64,000 nucleotides of DNA from the human T2T-CHM13v2.0 reference genome, Homo sapiens. Shown piece after piece: positions 26,638 through 40,090 of the stretch. The translations under genes and the position numbers were made by a program. Within the stretch, counting starts at the first letter, position 1, and the number at the start of each line of letters is the position of its first letter. A model generated the notes under the pieces. It was not told the origin of the DNA. It saw only the letters and a program-made list of their open reading frames with translations, and did not search any database. The stretch lies in assembly GCF_009914755.1 (NCBI RefSeq), contig NC_060931.1; one strand, 5' to 3'.

Positions 26638-27354
26638 GAAAGACAGAAAGAAATACTTAGGGATAACTTTAGCAAAATATTTTCAAGCCTTATTCATTGA
26701 AAACCACAGAACATTTCTGAGATAACTTATAGAACACCTAAATAGAGAGATTCATCATGTTCAGCAATTTGAAAATTTAAGATTGTTATGACATACATTC
26801 TTTGTATATTTATCTATAGATTAAATATCATTAAAGCCAAATTCCAATAAGTGCCTTTATAGAAATTGACAACCTGAAACCAAAATTTATATGGAAGTGC
26901 AAAGGACATAGACTAGGCAAACCATTTTTGAAATAAAAAAGCCAGAGGACTCTACTTGGTCTCACTATAAACCTACAATGATCAAGATTATTGTACAGTA
27001 CTGGCATAAAGATAGACTTATAGAACAACGGGAAACAATGGTCAGTTCACAAATAGAATCAAACATTTTTCAATGGGGAAAGGACAGGTTGTCCAGCAAA
27101 TAATGCTGAAAGAACTGGATATCAATATGGAAAGACATAAACTCTGAGATCATAGAAAAAAATTAACTCAAAATGAATTAAAGGCCTAAACATAAAAGCA
27201 AATGCTATAACATTTCTACAATATAATAAGAGAAAATCTTTGTTATTTTGGGGTAGGCAAAGATTTCTTAGCTAGCATGTAAAAAGTACAAACTGTTAGT
27301 AAAATACTGATAAATTAAAATTTTGCTCTTTGAAAGCCATCATTAAACATAATA

Positions 27355-27654
27355 GGCCAGGCACAGTGGTTCATGCCTGTAATCCCAGCACTCTGGGAGT
27401 CCAAGGTGGGAAGATCGCTTGAGGCTGAGAATTGGAGACCAGCCTGGGCAACACAGTGAGACCTCATCTCTACAAAAAAATAATTTTCTGAAAAAATTAG
27501 CTGGGTGTTGTGGTACATGCCTGTAGTCCAAGCTGCTAGGAAGGGTGAGGTGGAAGGGTCAGTTGAGCCAAGGAGTTCGAAGCTGTACTGAGCTATGATC
27601 ACACCACTGCACTCCAATCTGAGGGACAAAGCAAAACCTCGTGTCAAAAAAAAA
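27355..27654 (+). mobile_element. AluJ
   Basis: GATCGCTTGAG..., TTGAGCC.AGGAGTTCGAAGCTG..TGAGCTATGATC; highly diverged. Confidence 0.92.
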
Positions 27655-28587
27655 TACATTAATTCATTAATAATCATAATAAGGCAATCCAGAGAATGCA
27701 AATATTCTCATAATACATGTCTGACAAAGATAACCCAATAATCAGAAACCAATCAATCCAACAAAAAATAGGCAAAAGATCTCAATAGACACTTTGCAAA
27801 AGAAAATATGTAAATGCCAATAAGCATATGAGAAATGCATTCCTTCATTTGCCCTGTCAAAGAAAAGCAAACTAAAACCTCAATGAGCTGCCACCTACAC
27901 ACCTACTCAAAGAGCTAAAATTAAAAGGACTGGAAATCCCAAGTGTTGGTAGGAATGTAAAATAGTACAGCCACTTTGGAAAACCCTTTGACAGCTTCTT
28001 ATAAACTAAACATGCACCTACCATATGATTAGATTTTCCTAGAGATATTAGACTATTCACTCTTAGGTATTTGCTCTAGAGAAATATGTGTCCCAAACAG
28101 AGGTTTGTACATAGATGCCCATAGCATCTTTATTCATAATAGTTCCAAATTAGAAATCCATCAATTGATGAATATATTATTAAAATTTAGTAGAGCCATT
28201 CAATGAGATATTATTCATCAATAAAAGGGTAACCTACTGATAAATGAAAAAATACGGATTAACTTCAAAAACACTGCACAGAGAAAAACAAGCCAGAGAC
28301 TTATGAGCATATACTGTATATGTTGATTTCATTATATGAATTTCTAGAGAAAGCAAACCTAATGGTTTGCACTGGCAAAACATAGATCAGTGGTTGCCTG
28401 GGACAGTAAGCTGGGGAGGGGGAGAGAAATTGATAGAACTACCAAATATTCTACTAATGTGGTGACTACATGGAATATACACTTGTCAAAAGTCATCAAA
28501 CTGTACACTTAGAATGGGTGTATTTTATTATGTATAACTAAAATTCCTGACTGTATCTCAATAAAATTTATTTAAGAAATAAAATAA

Positions 28588-28730
28588 GCTGGACACTATG
28601 GCCCAAGACTGTAGTCCCAGCCACTGGGGATGCCGAGGTAGGATTGCTTGAGTCCGCGTGTTTAAGGCCAGCCTGGGCAACATAGCAAGACCCTGTCTCT
28701 AAAAAACTAAAAAATAAAATAAAATAAAAT
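28588..28730 (+). mobile_element. FLAM-type Alu monomer
   Basis: CTGTAGTCCCAGC...GGATTGCTTGAG...CCAGCCTGGGCAACATAGCAAGACCCTGTCTCT and an (AAAAT)n tail. Confidence 0.8.
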
Positions 28731-28734
28731 TGAC

Positions 28735-28950
28735 TGTGTAGTCAGATTGGCTGATTTCAAAGCCTAGGCCTTTCACTTACACTATCTGTGTGACTTTTGG
28801 TATGTTACTTAACCCCTCTGTGCCTTGGGTTAACATTTGTAAAATAAGGATAATAACATTCCTTGTCCCATAAGTTTGCTAAAAATTAAACATTTAACAT
28901 GTTTATAATGCTGCTTGGTAATTAATAAATACTGTATTGTCACTTATCAA
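28735..28950 (+). mobile_element. MIR
   Basis: CACTTAC.CTATCTGTGTGACTTT...GTTACTTAACCCCTCTGTGCCT...TGTAAAATAAGGATAATAA. Confidence 0.75.
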
Positions 28951-30189
28951 ATTAAGAAGAATTTTTAAAAATACCACATTAAATTCTGGGCCAGATACTG
29001 CATTAAGTTGGAACTTCATTCATGTGAGAAAAAAAAAAAAAAGTATGTTGTGAAGTAACAAATCCTTTAAACATACATTCTGTTAGGGAAAATTTGAATC
29101 CAGAGACTTTCAAAAGTAGTTTCTTCATTTTAAGAAATCGATTTTATTTGTTCATTTCTCAAAGTGGATTCTGAACTCCTATTGTTAACAGATATTCAAT
29201 TGGTATCAACCAGGAAGGATGTCTGCAGTGTTTAAGTGCCTGGCCAGTCAGCCCTCTGAGATTCTGCTTCAGGACTAGCTCATCCAGGACAGCATGTGCT
29301 CTGTCCTCAAAGAGAGTACATACATGGCTCTAGTGACAAATGCATATGAGTTTACAGTGACAGGTTGTTTTCTTGGTCCAAAAGAAAAAGCTTCAAAGTA
29401 AAGATTAGGGAAAATGAAAGAAGACTCAATAGAAATGGAAGAGTTTATACTGGGTTTTGAAAAATGAGTTTAGAAAAAACGTGATGAGTGGAGTCAGAGA
29501 TGTCTATTATTCTAGACTAGGAAGCCCCAGAAGTCCAGGAGGAGTTCTGGAAATGGTTCATAGAACATTTTGGCTGAAGCAAACGGATCAGATCAAGAAG
29601 CAAACGTGAGATGGGGTGAAGTTTACCTTGCGGCAGATCTTGAATTTTGTTTTATTATGGACATTGCAGTGACTTGGGAGTGTTCCAATACAGACTGACA
29701 CAATGCAGGTTCTATTTAGGAAGATTAATTTGGCAGATGTACAAAGCATGGAGTCAGCCTAAAAGAAAAGAAATCTATTAAGAACCTGTCCGTCTTTCTT
29801 TCAAAAATATAAACATTTATATCGTTAGGCAGAATTTACTTGAAAGGCATTATCTAAAATTTGGCCTTTACTAATGCACATGTTTTTTGTACAATCTCCA
29901 GTGCATTATTTCTCATAGCCAGGTAACTCTCCCCAGTGGCCTCGGTACACAACATGCTTTTTCAGGCCTCATAGGTTCTTGCTATTTTCCATACCTATAA
30001 GGGCTTTCCTGATCTGCTACATGTACGTAAACGCTACCCTTTAGTCAAGTTCTCCCTAAACTATAAAGCCTTTCTAGGGTTACTTGGCCACACTGAGCTG
30101 CCCAGTATGGCACTACCTCTCTCAGAGCTCACTCTTTATTTAAAAAAACAAACAGTGAGTTGTCCTTTGAAAGGCATACAGATACAAGA

Positions 30190-30330
30190 ATCTGGAGTTA
30201 AAAATCAGCTGAAGTAGGATTCCCTTGATCTGCTGTTGAGTTGTTTTCTGACTTTGGATAAATCACTAATGGCTCTTGACCTTCATTTTCTTATCTCTAA
30301 AATATGACAAGACTGGCAATATTTAAAATT
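30190..30330 (+). mobile_element. MIR fragment
   Basis: TGACTTTGGATAAATCACTAA...CTTCATTTTCTTATCTCTAAAAT. Confidence 0.55.
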
Positions 30331-33067
30331 CCTGCTGTTCTGAGTATGAAACTAGACACTTTATTACAATTTTAGGAACTTAGAAGCCCTTAAAGATACA
30401 GTCGCAGGAACACACCCCGTTAAATATTGACATCTTCAAGTACTACAACAACACTGCCTTCTCTGAATAACGTAAATTTTGCAGTCTTTCACATACATTT
30501 TATCATTTAATGCACATCATGAGCCCTGTAAGGTTAGATATCAGTATTCCTACTACATAGCTGAAGAAGCTGAAGTTTAATCCTCTAATGAAGAGGGTGA
30601 CAACTTTTCATCAGGGCATTTACGCAGGATCTAAGGGTTCTTCTCTCCCTCTTTCCCGCTACCTCTCAGCTGGTTCCAGAAAATGGGAGTATTTTGTACC
30701 TGGAATTAGCTGATTTCTCACTAATGGCAATTCTGTAATATAATGAAAAGGAGCAAGGTTATCTACCTATATTCAATTTAGACCTTATTTAAAGCATTAA
30801 TATTTCTATTTTTATATAAATTGATTTTTAAGGGAATTAGGCAAAGAGATGAAAGCTTGGTCACTGTGTTGTGATGTATTGGAGCTCTGTGGTTTATTTT
30901 TAGATCAGTTGCTATTTAGGAATTCATGTTCTTCGTTTTATTTTGGAAATTACTTTCAGTTTCTGAGCATAAATATCTCAGACATGATTATTATTATTCA
31001 AGACCAAAGTTTATCCTATGGAACTCAGCAGAGCATTTTCTAAGACTCAAGCAGAATGTGGCTCTAGGGCATATTATCACTGATGGGTTTTGCAAAGCAT
31101 ACGCCACATACATGCACACAAATACACAATTACACACGCACATGTAAAGGAAAGACATGAAGGAAAGTTATCAACAAATGATATATATGGCTTTTTCCAA
31201 AGAGTACACACACACACCCACACACATAAAGACACACACACACATATCTAGGAATTGAAGAAAATGTGCCCACAAATTATGTTCACCAAATTGTTCTTTG
31301 AGATGAAATTTCAAAATAGTCACTAGTTCATTAGGGAGGGTGAAAGAGGAGAAAGGAAGAGAGAGGGAGAAATAAAAAGAAGCCGTAAGATACCGAATAC
31401 CTTGTTTATCCAAGGTTAACTTACAGTATCTTATATCTTTAGGGCACTTCTCCTTTCAAGGACATAACATACTATCAACTTCCTGGTAAATGTGCACAAC
31501 AAAATACATACAGATGTTGGATAGCTGAGTTGGAAATGGACATTTTCTTCTTTCTCTTGGGGTACAAGAGCTCAGAGTTTGCAGCAACTTCTGCTTCTGC
31601 ACCCCCTTGTCCCCAGCCTGCATGGGGTGGCGCGGGGTGGGGGTGGGTGTTGGGTTGTAAATGAAAAGGGAGATTCTGTGACTAATATCAATGAGACAAA
31701 GAAATGAAAGCACTCTAATCCCTGGGCCAGGTGCCAGCCATCCCACTGTATGAGGCCATTGGCCAGAAATCCCACTGTATGCTGGGCCCCAAGCCAACCA
31801 GAATTGGATACAATGAGTTTCGCAGCCACCTTTTCAGAGCTGACAGCAAATGTCGGGGCACCAACACCCTTTGATAAGAGTTCCAACTTTCTCACTAACA
31901 TTTCTACCCCATAATAATAAAGCTTTTTTATTTATAAACAGTACTCTCTTGAAGATTGCTTAGTGCTTTTAGAGACATAAATTCATTCATCTCAGTACTT
32001 ATAGTGAGACAAGGTGGGGCTGGTGGCCAAGACAGGGAAATCAATATTCTCTTCCTGTTTTGAGAGAGAGAGAGAAAAAAAACACATTACTTTATGCAAC
32101 AGTTCATTCTATTATTGAAGTTTCTAGACAAAAGTCTCACATGAATATTCTTCCTTAAATTAAATGTGTTTGTAATGAGCTAACCAAACCTTGCTGTGTG
32201 ATTCCTAATGAGTTGTTTACTTAAAATGTCTTCTCTCCTCTTAAGACTGGGTTTTTTTGAAAGGCCAAACACATACACAAACCAGTTAATACTGGCACCC
32301 CTCCTTGAACTTTCTGGCTGTTTCAGATTTAAATATTGATTTCTTTCTCTCACTCTCCATGTCTCCCCATAATGGCAGCAGCTGCTAGGAAGTTGGGAAT
32401 TTCTTACCAGGAAAGCACCCAAGAGAATGTGAACACCATTAAAATATTTCTTACCTTTTACTTTATTGTTTTTCTCTAAAGCCCTTGAGTAGCTAGCTGA
32501 GTATTGGGTAACCAAGAAAGGCTGTTCCTTCACTGGGGAAACATTGGATCTGATTTCCATTAGAGATGCTGAATTATTTAGTGGTAATTGAGTGCCCCAA
32601 TCAGTTGCTTTCTGAGTGGTTACCTTTCAGTGTCCATTCACATTCAGTTTGTATTGAGGCTTTCTTCTCCTGAAAACAGAGCATGCACAATTTGCAACTT
32701 GTTTATTTTAATTCTGAATAGTTTGAAAAAAGCTTTCCAAGAATTGAGGTGAATATAGTACATATCCAGTATGCAATGTGAGGCTTAGTATATTGAAAAT
32801 TAAAAGTATTGTAAATACCTCATTTAATTACAACCTGTTCTCATGTCTAAATCTTGTCATAATATATTCTGGCATATAATTTTCAGATTTTTGCATTTTT
32901 TTCAAACTGCAAATGAATAATAATTGTTATAAGAAGCTACATTCTTAGCGCTCACATTACCTTACTGACTAATTGGTTTATATTGAATGGATTGACATCT
33001 TCAACTGACACAGATGGAGATTACAGTGGAAATCTAGATAAGAAAATGAAAGGATGACCTGAAAGAA

Positions 33068-33069
<2 letters not shown>

Positions 33070-33101
<32 letters not shown>
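33070..33101. repeat. (TA)n microsatellite
   Basis: Seen directly. Confidence 0.95.
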
Positions 33102-33104
<3 letters not shown>

Positions 33105-33624
33105 TATATGTACACACACTATCTTAGAATATGTGTGAAAAAGTAATCAAAACTGAAACAAGACAACTAACTCCTCATAGATATGCCATTTTTTTCATTA
33201 TATAACATGCATAGCAAGAGATTGTAGGGGATGAATCTGAAAAGATAAGCATGGACAACCTTGCCAGTATTATTAAGAAAGTTGACTTAATTTTATGTTT
33301 ATAGGAATGCTTTGATATCTTTAAGCCAGAGAATACTATATATCAGATTTGCATTTGTAAAATGTCGCATTCTGGCTGTATTGCGTAGATAGAGTAGAAG
33401 GAAAAGATGAAGCCTGGATGAAGCAGAGCAAGTGAGCCCCAAAATTGGGGCTTAGCCTGAGAGGGTTCTTGGCTTCACCCAGGAAAAAAACTCAGGGGCT
33501 AGCCAGTGGTGAGAGAAAGCCACTCTTATTGAACCAGTGCTGCTCCTTGTGGAGCAGGGACATAGGCAGTGTGCCCAGAGTCTACAGCATGTGGGCCATT
33601 GGTGGCTCTATTTATACCCACTTT

Positions 33625-35723
33625 ATTTTATTGTACTTTATTTTATTTTATTATTTTATATTATTTCATTTTATTTTATTTTATTTGTTTCAGGATACAT
33701 GTGCAGGACATGCAGGTTTGTTACATAGGTAAGTGTGTGCCATGGTGGTTTGTCACACCTATCAACCCATCACCTAGGTATTAAGCCCCACATGCATTAG
33801 CTATTTATCTTGATGCTCCCCCTCCTCCCACCACCTGGACAGGCCCCCAGTGTGTGTTGTTTCCCTCCCTGCATCCAGGTGTTCTCATTGTTCAGTTCCC
33901 ACTTATAAGTGAGAATATGTGGTGCTTGGTTTTCTGTTCCTGTGTTAGTTTTCTGAGGATAATGGCTTTCAGCTCCATCCATGTCTCTCCAAAGGACATA
34001 ATCTCATTCCTTTTTATGGCTGCCTAGTATTACATGGTATATATGTACCATATTTTCTTTATTCAGTCTATCATTGATGGCCATTTGGGTTGATTCCATA
34101 TCTTTATAATTGAATGATTTATATTTCTTTGGGCATATACCCAGTAATAGGATTGCTGGGTTGAATGGTATTTCTGGTTCTAGATCTTTGAGGAACCACC
34201 GCACTGTCTCCTGCAATGGTTGAGCTAATTTTCATTCCCACTAACAGTGTAAAAGTGTTCCTATTTCTCCACAGCCTCACCAGCATGTTTTATTTCTTGA
34301 CATTTTAATGTCACCATTATGACTGGTGTGAGATGGTTTCTCATTGTGGTTTTGATTTGCATTTCTCTAATGATCAGTGATGTTGAGGATTTTTTCATGT
34401 TTGTTGGCCACATAAACGTCTTCTTTTGAGAAGTATCTGTTCATGTCCTTTGCTCACTTTGGTTGTTTGGGTTTTTTCTTGTAAATTTGTTTAAGTTTCT
34501 TGTAGATTCTGGATATTAGACCTTTGTCAGATGTATAGATTGCAAAAATTTTCTCCCATTCCATAGGTTGTTTGTTGACTCTGATGATAGTTTCTTTTGC
34601 TGTGCAGAAGCCCTTTAGTTTACTTAGATCCCATTTCTCAATCTTTGCTTTCATTGCAATTGTTTTTGATGTTTTTGTCATGAAATCTTTGCCCATGCCT
34701 ATGTACTGAATGGTATTGCCTAGATTTTCTTCTAGGGTTTTTATCGTTTGGGGTTTTACATTTAAGTCTTTAATCCATCTTGAGTTAATTTTTGTATAAG
34801 GTGTAAGGAATTCAGTTTTCTGCATATGGCTAGCCAGTTTTCACAGCATCATTTATTAAATAGGGAATCATTTCTCCATTGCTTGCTTTGGTCAGGTTTG
34901 TCAAAGATCAGATGGTGTAGATGTGTGGTCTTATTTCTGAGATCTCTATTCTGTTCCATTGGTCAATGTGTCTGTTTTGGTATCAGTACCATGTTGTTTT
35001 GGTTACTGAAGCCTTGTAGTATAGTTTGAAGTCAGGTAGCATGATGCCCCCAGCTTTGTTCTTTTTGCTTAGGATTGTCTTGGCTATACAGGCTCTTTTT
35101 TGGTTCCATATTAATTTTAAAGTAGTATTTTTCTAATTCTGTGAAGAATAACAATGGTAGTTTAATGGGAATAGTATTGATTCCATGAATTACTTTGGCA
35201 ATATGGCCATTTCCATGATATTAATTCTTCCTATCCATGGGCATGTTATGTTTTTCCATTTGTTTTTGTCCTCTCTTACTTCTTTGAGCAGTGGTTTGTA
35301 GTTCTTGAAGAGGTCCTTCACATCCCTTGTTAGCTGTATTCCTAGGTATTTTCTTCTTTTTGTAGCAATTGTGATTAGGAGTTTATTCATGATTTGGCTC
35401 TCTGCTCATCAATTGTTGGTGTATAGGAATGCATGTGATTTTTGCACATTGATTACTTTGCTGAAGTTACTTATCAGCTTAAGGAGCTTTTGGGCTGAGA
35501 CAATGCAGTTTTCTAGATACAGGATCATGTCATCTGTAAGCAGAGACAGTTTGATTTGCTCTCTTCTTGTTTGAATACCTTTCTTTCTTTCTCTTGTCTG
35601 ATTGCCTCTGCCAGAAGTTCCAATACTATGTTGAACAGGAGTGGTGAGAGAGGGCATGCTTGTCTTGTGCCCGTTTCAAAGGGGAATGCTTCCAGCTTTT
35701 GCCCATTCAGTATGATATTGGCT
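33625..35723 (-). mobile_element. 5'-truncated L1PA7/8-like LINE-1 inserted in the 3' LTR
   Basis: (TTTTA)n tail on the plus strand, an L1PA 3'UTR and fragmented ORF2 ORFs (34454-34825, 35190-35390, 35409-35657); degenerate TSD ending TAT(A/T)CCCACTTT on both sides. Confidence 0.92.
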
Positions 35724-36070
35724 ATAGTATTCCCACTTTTAATCAAATGTCAATTAAGGTGCAGGTTATTCAGAACTTTCTGGAAAAGGGACAGAGAGTT
35801 TCCAGAACCATATAAGATAACTTCCAGGCCATTGCCATGGTCCACAGCCATGGCATTTGTAAACTGTCATGGTGCCTGTAAGAGTATCTTTATGCTATCG
35901 ACCAGTGGGGCAACTAGAGGTTGCTTTCATTGCCATTTGCTGGTTTTGGCTGGGTTCTTCACTGCATCTGTTTTGACCAGAATTTTCTTCAATCAGCAGG
36001 GTATTGGCTAGAAAACAAGTCCTGCTAGCCTTCTATCTCATCCCTCCCCTTAGAAATTACACACTCTTCC

Positions 36071-36520
36071 TTAATCTTTAGGAGGTTTCAGAAGAACAGA
36101 GGTCCATCTTCTGTAAATGCTTCTTGCTGATTTCATGGGCAAAGGCCCTCCTAGGTTGGAGGAGCAACAATTCCTGGATACCTGATCTAAGGGGTCCAAA
36201 AGCATAATGTTTTCATTTTCCAGGTCAGAAGATGGGATGGGTTCGAAACATTTTGCCAGCTTTGTCTTTACATGGAATTGTTGTAACCTGGAAGACACCA
36301 ACTTTACAAAGAGGTTAAACAAGCAAGGGCCAAAAATTAGTAGCAACACAACAGATAACAAAGGTCCTAGGAAAGGTCAAAACCAGGTAAGACTTGGAAA
36401 GGCCATTTTGATAGCTGACCAGATATAGTTGGGATCAGTGCCCTGGTTATATCTATGTATCCAGGTAGCTTGTTCATCATTTTTTGAATGGTAATCTCCA
36501 TTTGTTCAGAGTTATTAATA
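36071..36520 (-). pseudogene. ERV env remnant (TM anchor and cytoplasmic tail)
   Basis: ORF 36071-36361 contains LLLIFGPCLFNLFVKLVSSRLQQF, the gamma-type env membrane-anchor motif; the PPT AGGGGAGGGA (36050-36041) abuts the 3' LTR. Confidence 0.85.
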
Positions 36521-36549
36521 TAGGTCATGGTCCTTCTCTTGAACTTGGG

Positions 36550-36790
36550 GGACTCATAAGAAACAGGATTAATCCTGAACAGGTGTACCTAGCTAGTGAT
36601 TCTCTGAAGTTTAACAGCATTAGGGATGTTTAACAATACCTAACATAGGCTATTCCATTTTAGTTGTAATTGATCCTCAGGAAATCCTTCTTTCCAGGTT
36701 TTTATTGGGACTAGATCTCCTGGTTGAGCAGGGGAGCTAATCTTTTCCTTTGTGGTAAAGGGCAACTCAATTTCCATACTCTTGGAAGGC
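36550..36790 (-). pseudogene. ERV pol remnant (integrase C-terminal domain only)
   Basis: Manual translation QPGDLVPIKTWKEGFPEDQLQLKWNSLC*VLLNIPNAVKLQRITS*VHLFRI resembles the gammaretroviral IN C-terminal domain; it contains stops. Confidence 0.75.
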
Positions 36791-37859
36791 CTTTTGAACT
36801 TGGCCTAAATTCCAATGGAAGGCATAGTTAGGAATGTCCAACCCTGTTTCTTGCCATAGCCTGAATTAATTTTTCAGGTTTCTTATAGCCAATTAAATGT
36901 TTTAGGCCAGACAGGAATGGAGGCAGGCAGGCACTAATTTACCCTTAAAATGGCTTTAAGCAATATAAGTAAAAAACCAACAGCCAAAACTAAAGTTACA
37001 CATTATGAAAAAACAAGAGTATAGAATCAAGTTATACTGGAGGAAAACTTTGCTTTTATAGACCTCCAAGACAAAATATTTTAGCATCAGGACATAACAA
37101 CCATTAGAACTGGAGAAGAATAAATTACAAAGACTGATGAAAAAGCTGAAGACAGTTGTTTTAGGCCTTCACAAAAGGAAAAAAATGCTAAAAATAGTGA
37201 GACACGACAGTTGAATTTCTGAGATATGAATCTGAGAAATGTAAAAAAAGAATAGGTTGTAGTATTGAAAAGCAAAATTTCTTGAAATTTTATTAACAGC
37301 AAATCTATACCTTAAGAAAACCTTATTTTAACATAGCAGACCATCTTCTAGAAAGATTATTTTAAACAATTGCCTTTGAATGACAGCCAACTTAATCATA
37401 CACAAAATTCCTTCATAAATCCCCCATCATGAACCTCATCATGACTTACACAGACCATCTACAACATGCTTGAACTTTCTGACTAGTCCTATACCACCTC
37501 TTTTATAAATAACCAGTCACTTTACTGTAGGACAATAATTTATCTTACAAGATCCTTTCTCATACAACATTCTTTTACATTTATATCATCCTTTACCAAA
37601 AATATACCTTCATATCCTTATCTTTCTTCATATATCTCTTGCCTACTTACTAGTTAATTTCTACCTTATTTCATAAGTCACCTTCTCATGTCCATAATTT
37701 TAATTAACCTTTAAGTACTTTTAAGTTGGGCAAAAACAGTCTTTCACAAAAAGAGCACATTGTAACTTAGTATTTTTACCTGCCACACTAAGGGTTGCGC
37801 AAGGTTCCTCTGTAGAGATGGTAAGGTGTCTAATGGGAGTCATGGGGGATATTGGGCTG

Positions 37860-40090
37860 TTTAAATCCTCTGCAAATGATGGGTTTGGGTAACCAAGGCT
37901 CCCTTTGGAAACTGGGGCAGTCCCTTTTCCAATGGCCCTCGTGTTTACAGAAGATATATTGATTCTGGCTCAAGGGCTTATGGATTAGGGGTTCTTATCT
38001 GAACATTCTAGACATCTATCTTGGGACACTTACTTGGACTGAGTAATCCTGAGCTGTCTGGGGGCCTAAAACAGTCACTAACAATTGTGCTTTTGGCTAT
38101 TTCTTTTGATTTTCTCCTCTTCCTCTGCTCTGTTCTTATTGTAAATTATAATGCCCATGTTTAAGAGTTGGCTCATAGGAATTTGAGGTCCCAATTCTGC
38201 CTTTTATGTCTTCTTCCTAATGTCAGAGGCAGATTGAGTATAAAATGCATACACAGGAGAGTTTGCCATTCTTGGGAGTCTGTTTCTGTATATTTCCTGA
38301 ATGCCTCAACCAAATGGCCTTGAAATATAGCAGGAATTTTAGCCTTTCTCTGAGTTACTTCTTTAATCTTGTCATGATTAACTGGCTTAACTACATGCTT
38401 TTTCATATCTTTTATTAAGCAAGTTACCATGTGATTTTTGCATTTGAGATCTTGGGAAGCCCTCTGGTAATTCCACTGAGGGTCCATATCTGGAACTGTA
38501 TCTCCTTCCACATGATAACTAGCATGGTCTAGGTTATGTGTGGCCACTCCATCTGCATATTTTTGGACAGTACTCAGATCCATCTGTTTCTTATCTGTGG
38601 TATAGCAGGTGCACAATAATTTTTGCAAATCATGTGAAATTAAGTCAGAAGACATAGTCAACTCAACAAACTCCTCAATGAACTTCCCTGGATCCTCCAA
38701 AAACTGGCCAAATTTCTCCTTGCATAAAGCCAAATCACACATAGAAAAAGACACATGTACTGTGATTGACTGTCCCTCCCATCTCTATCAGCTACCTCCC
38801 ACAATGGACACAGGTTTGATTTTAGGGGCTGATATAGGGGTACCCTCCTGTTGGTACTGGTAGGGCTTACTTCCTTGGGCAGTGAGAGGTATAGGCTGGG
38901 GCTAGTTGGATAAGGGGGAGAGGTGCCTGATGACCTTGTGGTGGAATCCTGCACTAGAGAACTGGTGGGCCTCCCCTTAGAATTGGGAGACTGAGGAGGC
39001 TCCAGGGGAGCATGGGACATCTAGGGGGAATAACTAGGAGGGGTCACCTAGGTGCAGCTTCTTGCTGTCTGAAAGTAACATGAGCCAAACACATCCTACA
39101 GTTGTCTGGTAAAGGGCCATAGAAGCCATTACATAAGGGATCCCTCCCCATTTTCCTTCCTTTTTATATAATAAGTCCAATTGTAAAATAGTGTTATGAC
39201 ATAAAGAGCCATTTTTGGATCTAATTTCTTGGTTTCCCAATGTTCATTGAACCCAAATGGTGTCACAGTAGAAAATGAGTTTGTTTTCTTTTAATCCTTC
39301 TGTATTGGTCCATTCTCATGTTGCTATAAAGAAATGTCTGAGACTGGGTAATTTATAAAGGAAAGAGCTTTAACTGACTCACAATTCCGCATGGCTAAGG
39401 AGGCCTCAGGAAACTTACAATCACGGCAAAAAAAGAAGGAAACACGTCCTTCTTCACATGATGGCAGGAAGGAGAAGTGTTGAACAGAAGGGGAAAAGCC
39501 CCTTATAAAATCATCGGATCTCGTGAGAACTCTCTCACTATCATGAGAACAGCCTGGAGGTAACCACCCCCATGATTCAATTACTTCCCACCAGGTCCCT
39601 TCCACGACATGTGGGGATTATGGGAACTACAATTCAAGATGAGATATGAGTGGTGCATTAGTCTGTTTTCAGGCTGCTAATGAAGACATATCTAAGACTG
39701 AGTAATTTATAAAGAAAAGGAGGTTTAAAGGACTCACAGTTCCACATGGCTGGGGAGGCCTCACAATCATGGTGGAAGGTAAAGGAGGAGTGAAGGCACA
39801 TCTTACATGGTGGCAGGCAAGAGAGGAATGAAAGCTAAGCAAAAGGGGAAACCCCTTATAAAACCATCAGATCTTATGAGAACTCACTCACTATCTTGAG
39901 AACAGTATGTGGGAAACCACCCCCATGATTCAATTATCTCCACCTGGTCTCGCCCTTGACACATGGGGATTATTATAATTCAAGGTGAAATTTTGGTGGG
40001 GACAAAGAGCAAACCATATCACCTTCTAATTTAAATTTGCTCCAGTTGTCTATAAGGCACCCTAGTGGTGGGTCCTTCAGGATGTTCACT
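37860..40090 (-). pseudogene. ERV gag remnant (MA, CA, NC), interrupted by MaLR LTRs
   Basis: MA-like PLGCLIDNWSKFKLEG|LKENKLIFYCDTIWVQ reads across the 39301-40021 insertion. ORF 38173-38754 is gamma-type CA (FSMCDLALCKEKFGQFLEDPGKFIEEF...VPDMDPQWNYQ). A degenerate zinc knuckle NQYIFCKHEGHWKRDCP lies at ~37912-37965. Confidence 0.88.
39301..40021 (-). mobile_element. Two tandem THE1/MST-type MaLR LTRs (39301-39653 and 39654-40021) inside gag
   Basis: Two successive TG(T/C)ATT(G/A)GTC...GAGAACTC.CTCACTATC...CCCCCATGATTCAATTA units; perfect 5-bp TSD CCTTC at 39296-39300 and 40022-40026. Confidence 0.9.

Larger units (their letters stand above)
25680..28585 (+). mobile_element. Old L1M (L1MB/L1ME-type) ORF2 and 3'UTR remnant interrupted by two Alus
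   Basis: Degenerate ORF2-like text (ATAGATGCAAAA, AAAAGCATCTGACAGAATTCAACA, AAAATTTATATGGAA, AATAGACACTTTGCAAAAGAA) and a 3' end CTGTACACTTAGAATGGGTG...CTCAATAAA. Confidence 0.8.

Noticed and set aside
36071-38754. Possible domesticated gag or env (syncytin-like) gene
   Set aside because: Only short frames with stops and frameshifts, a mutated zinc knuckle, an interrupted MA, and an env lacking SU and fusion peptide.
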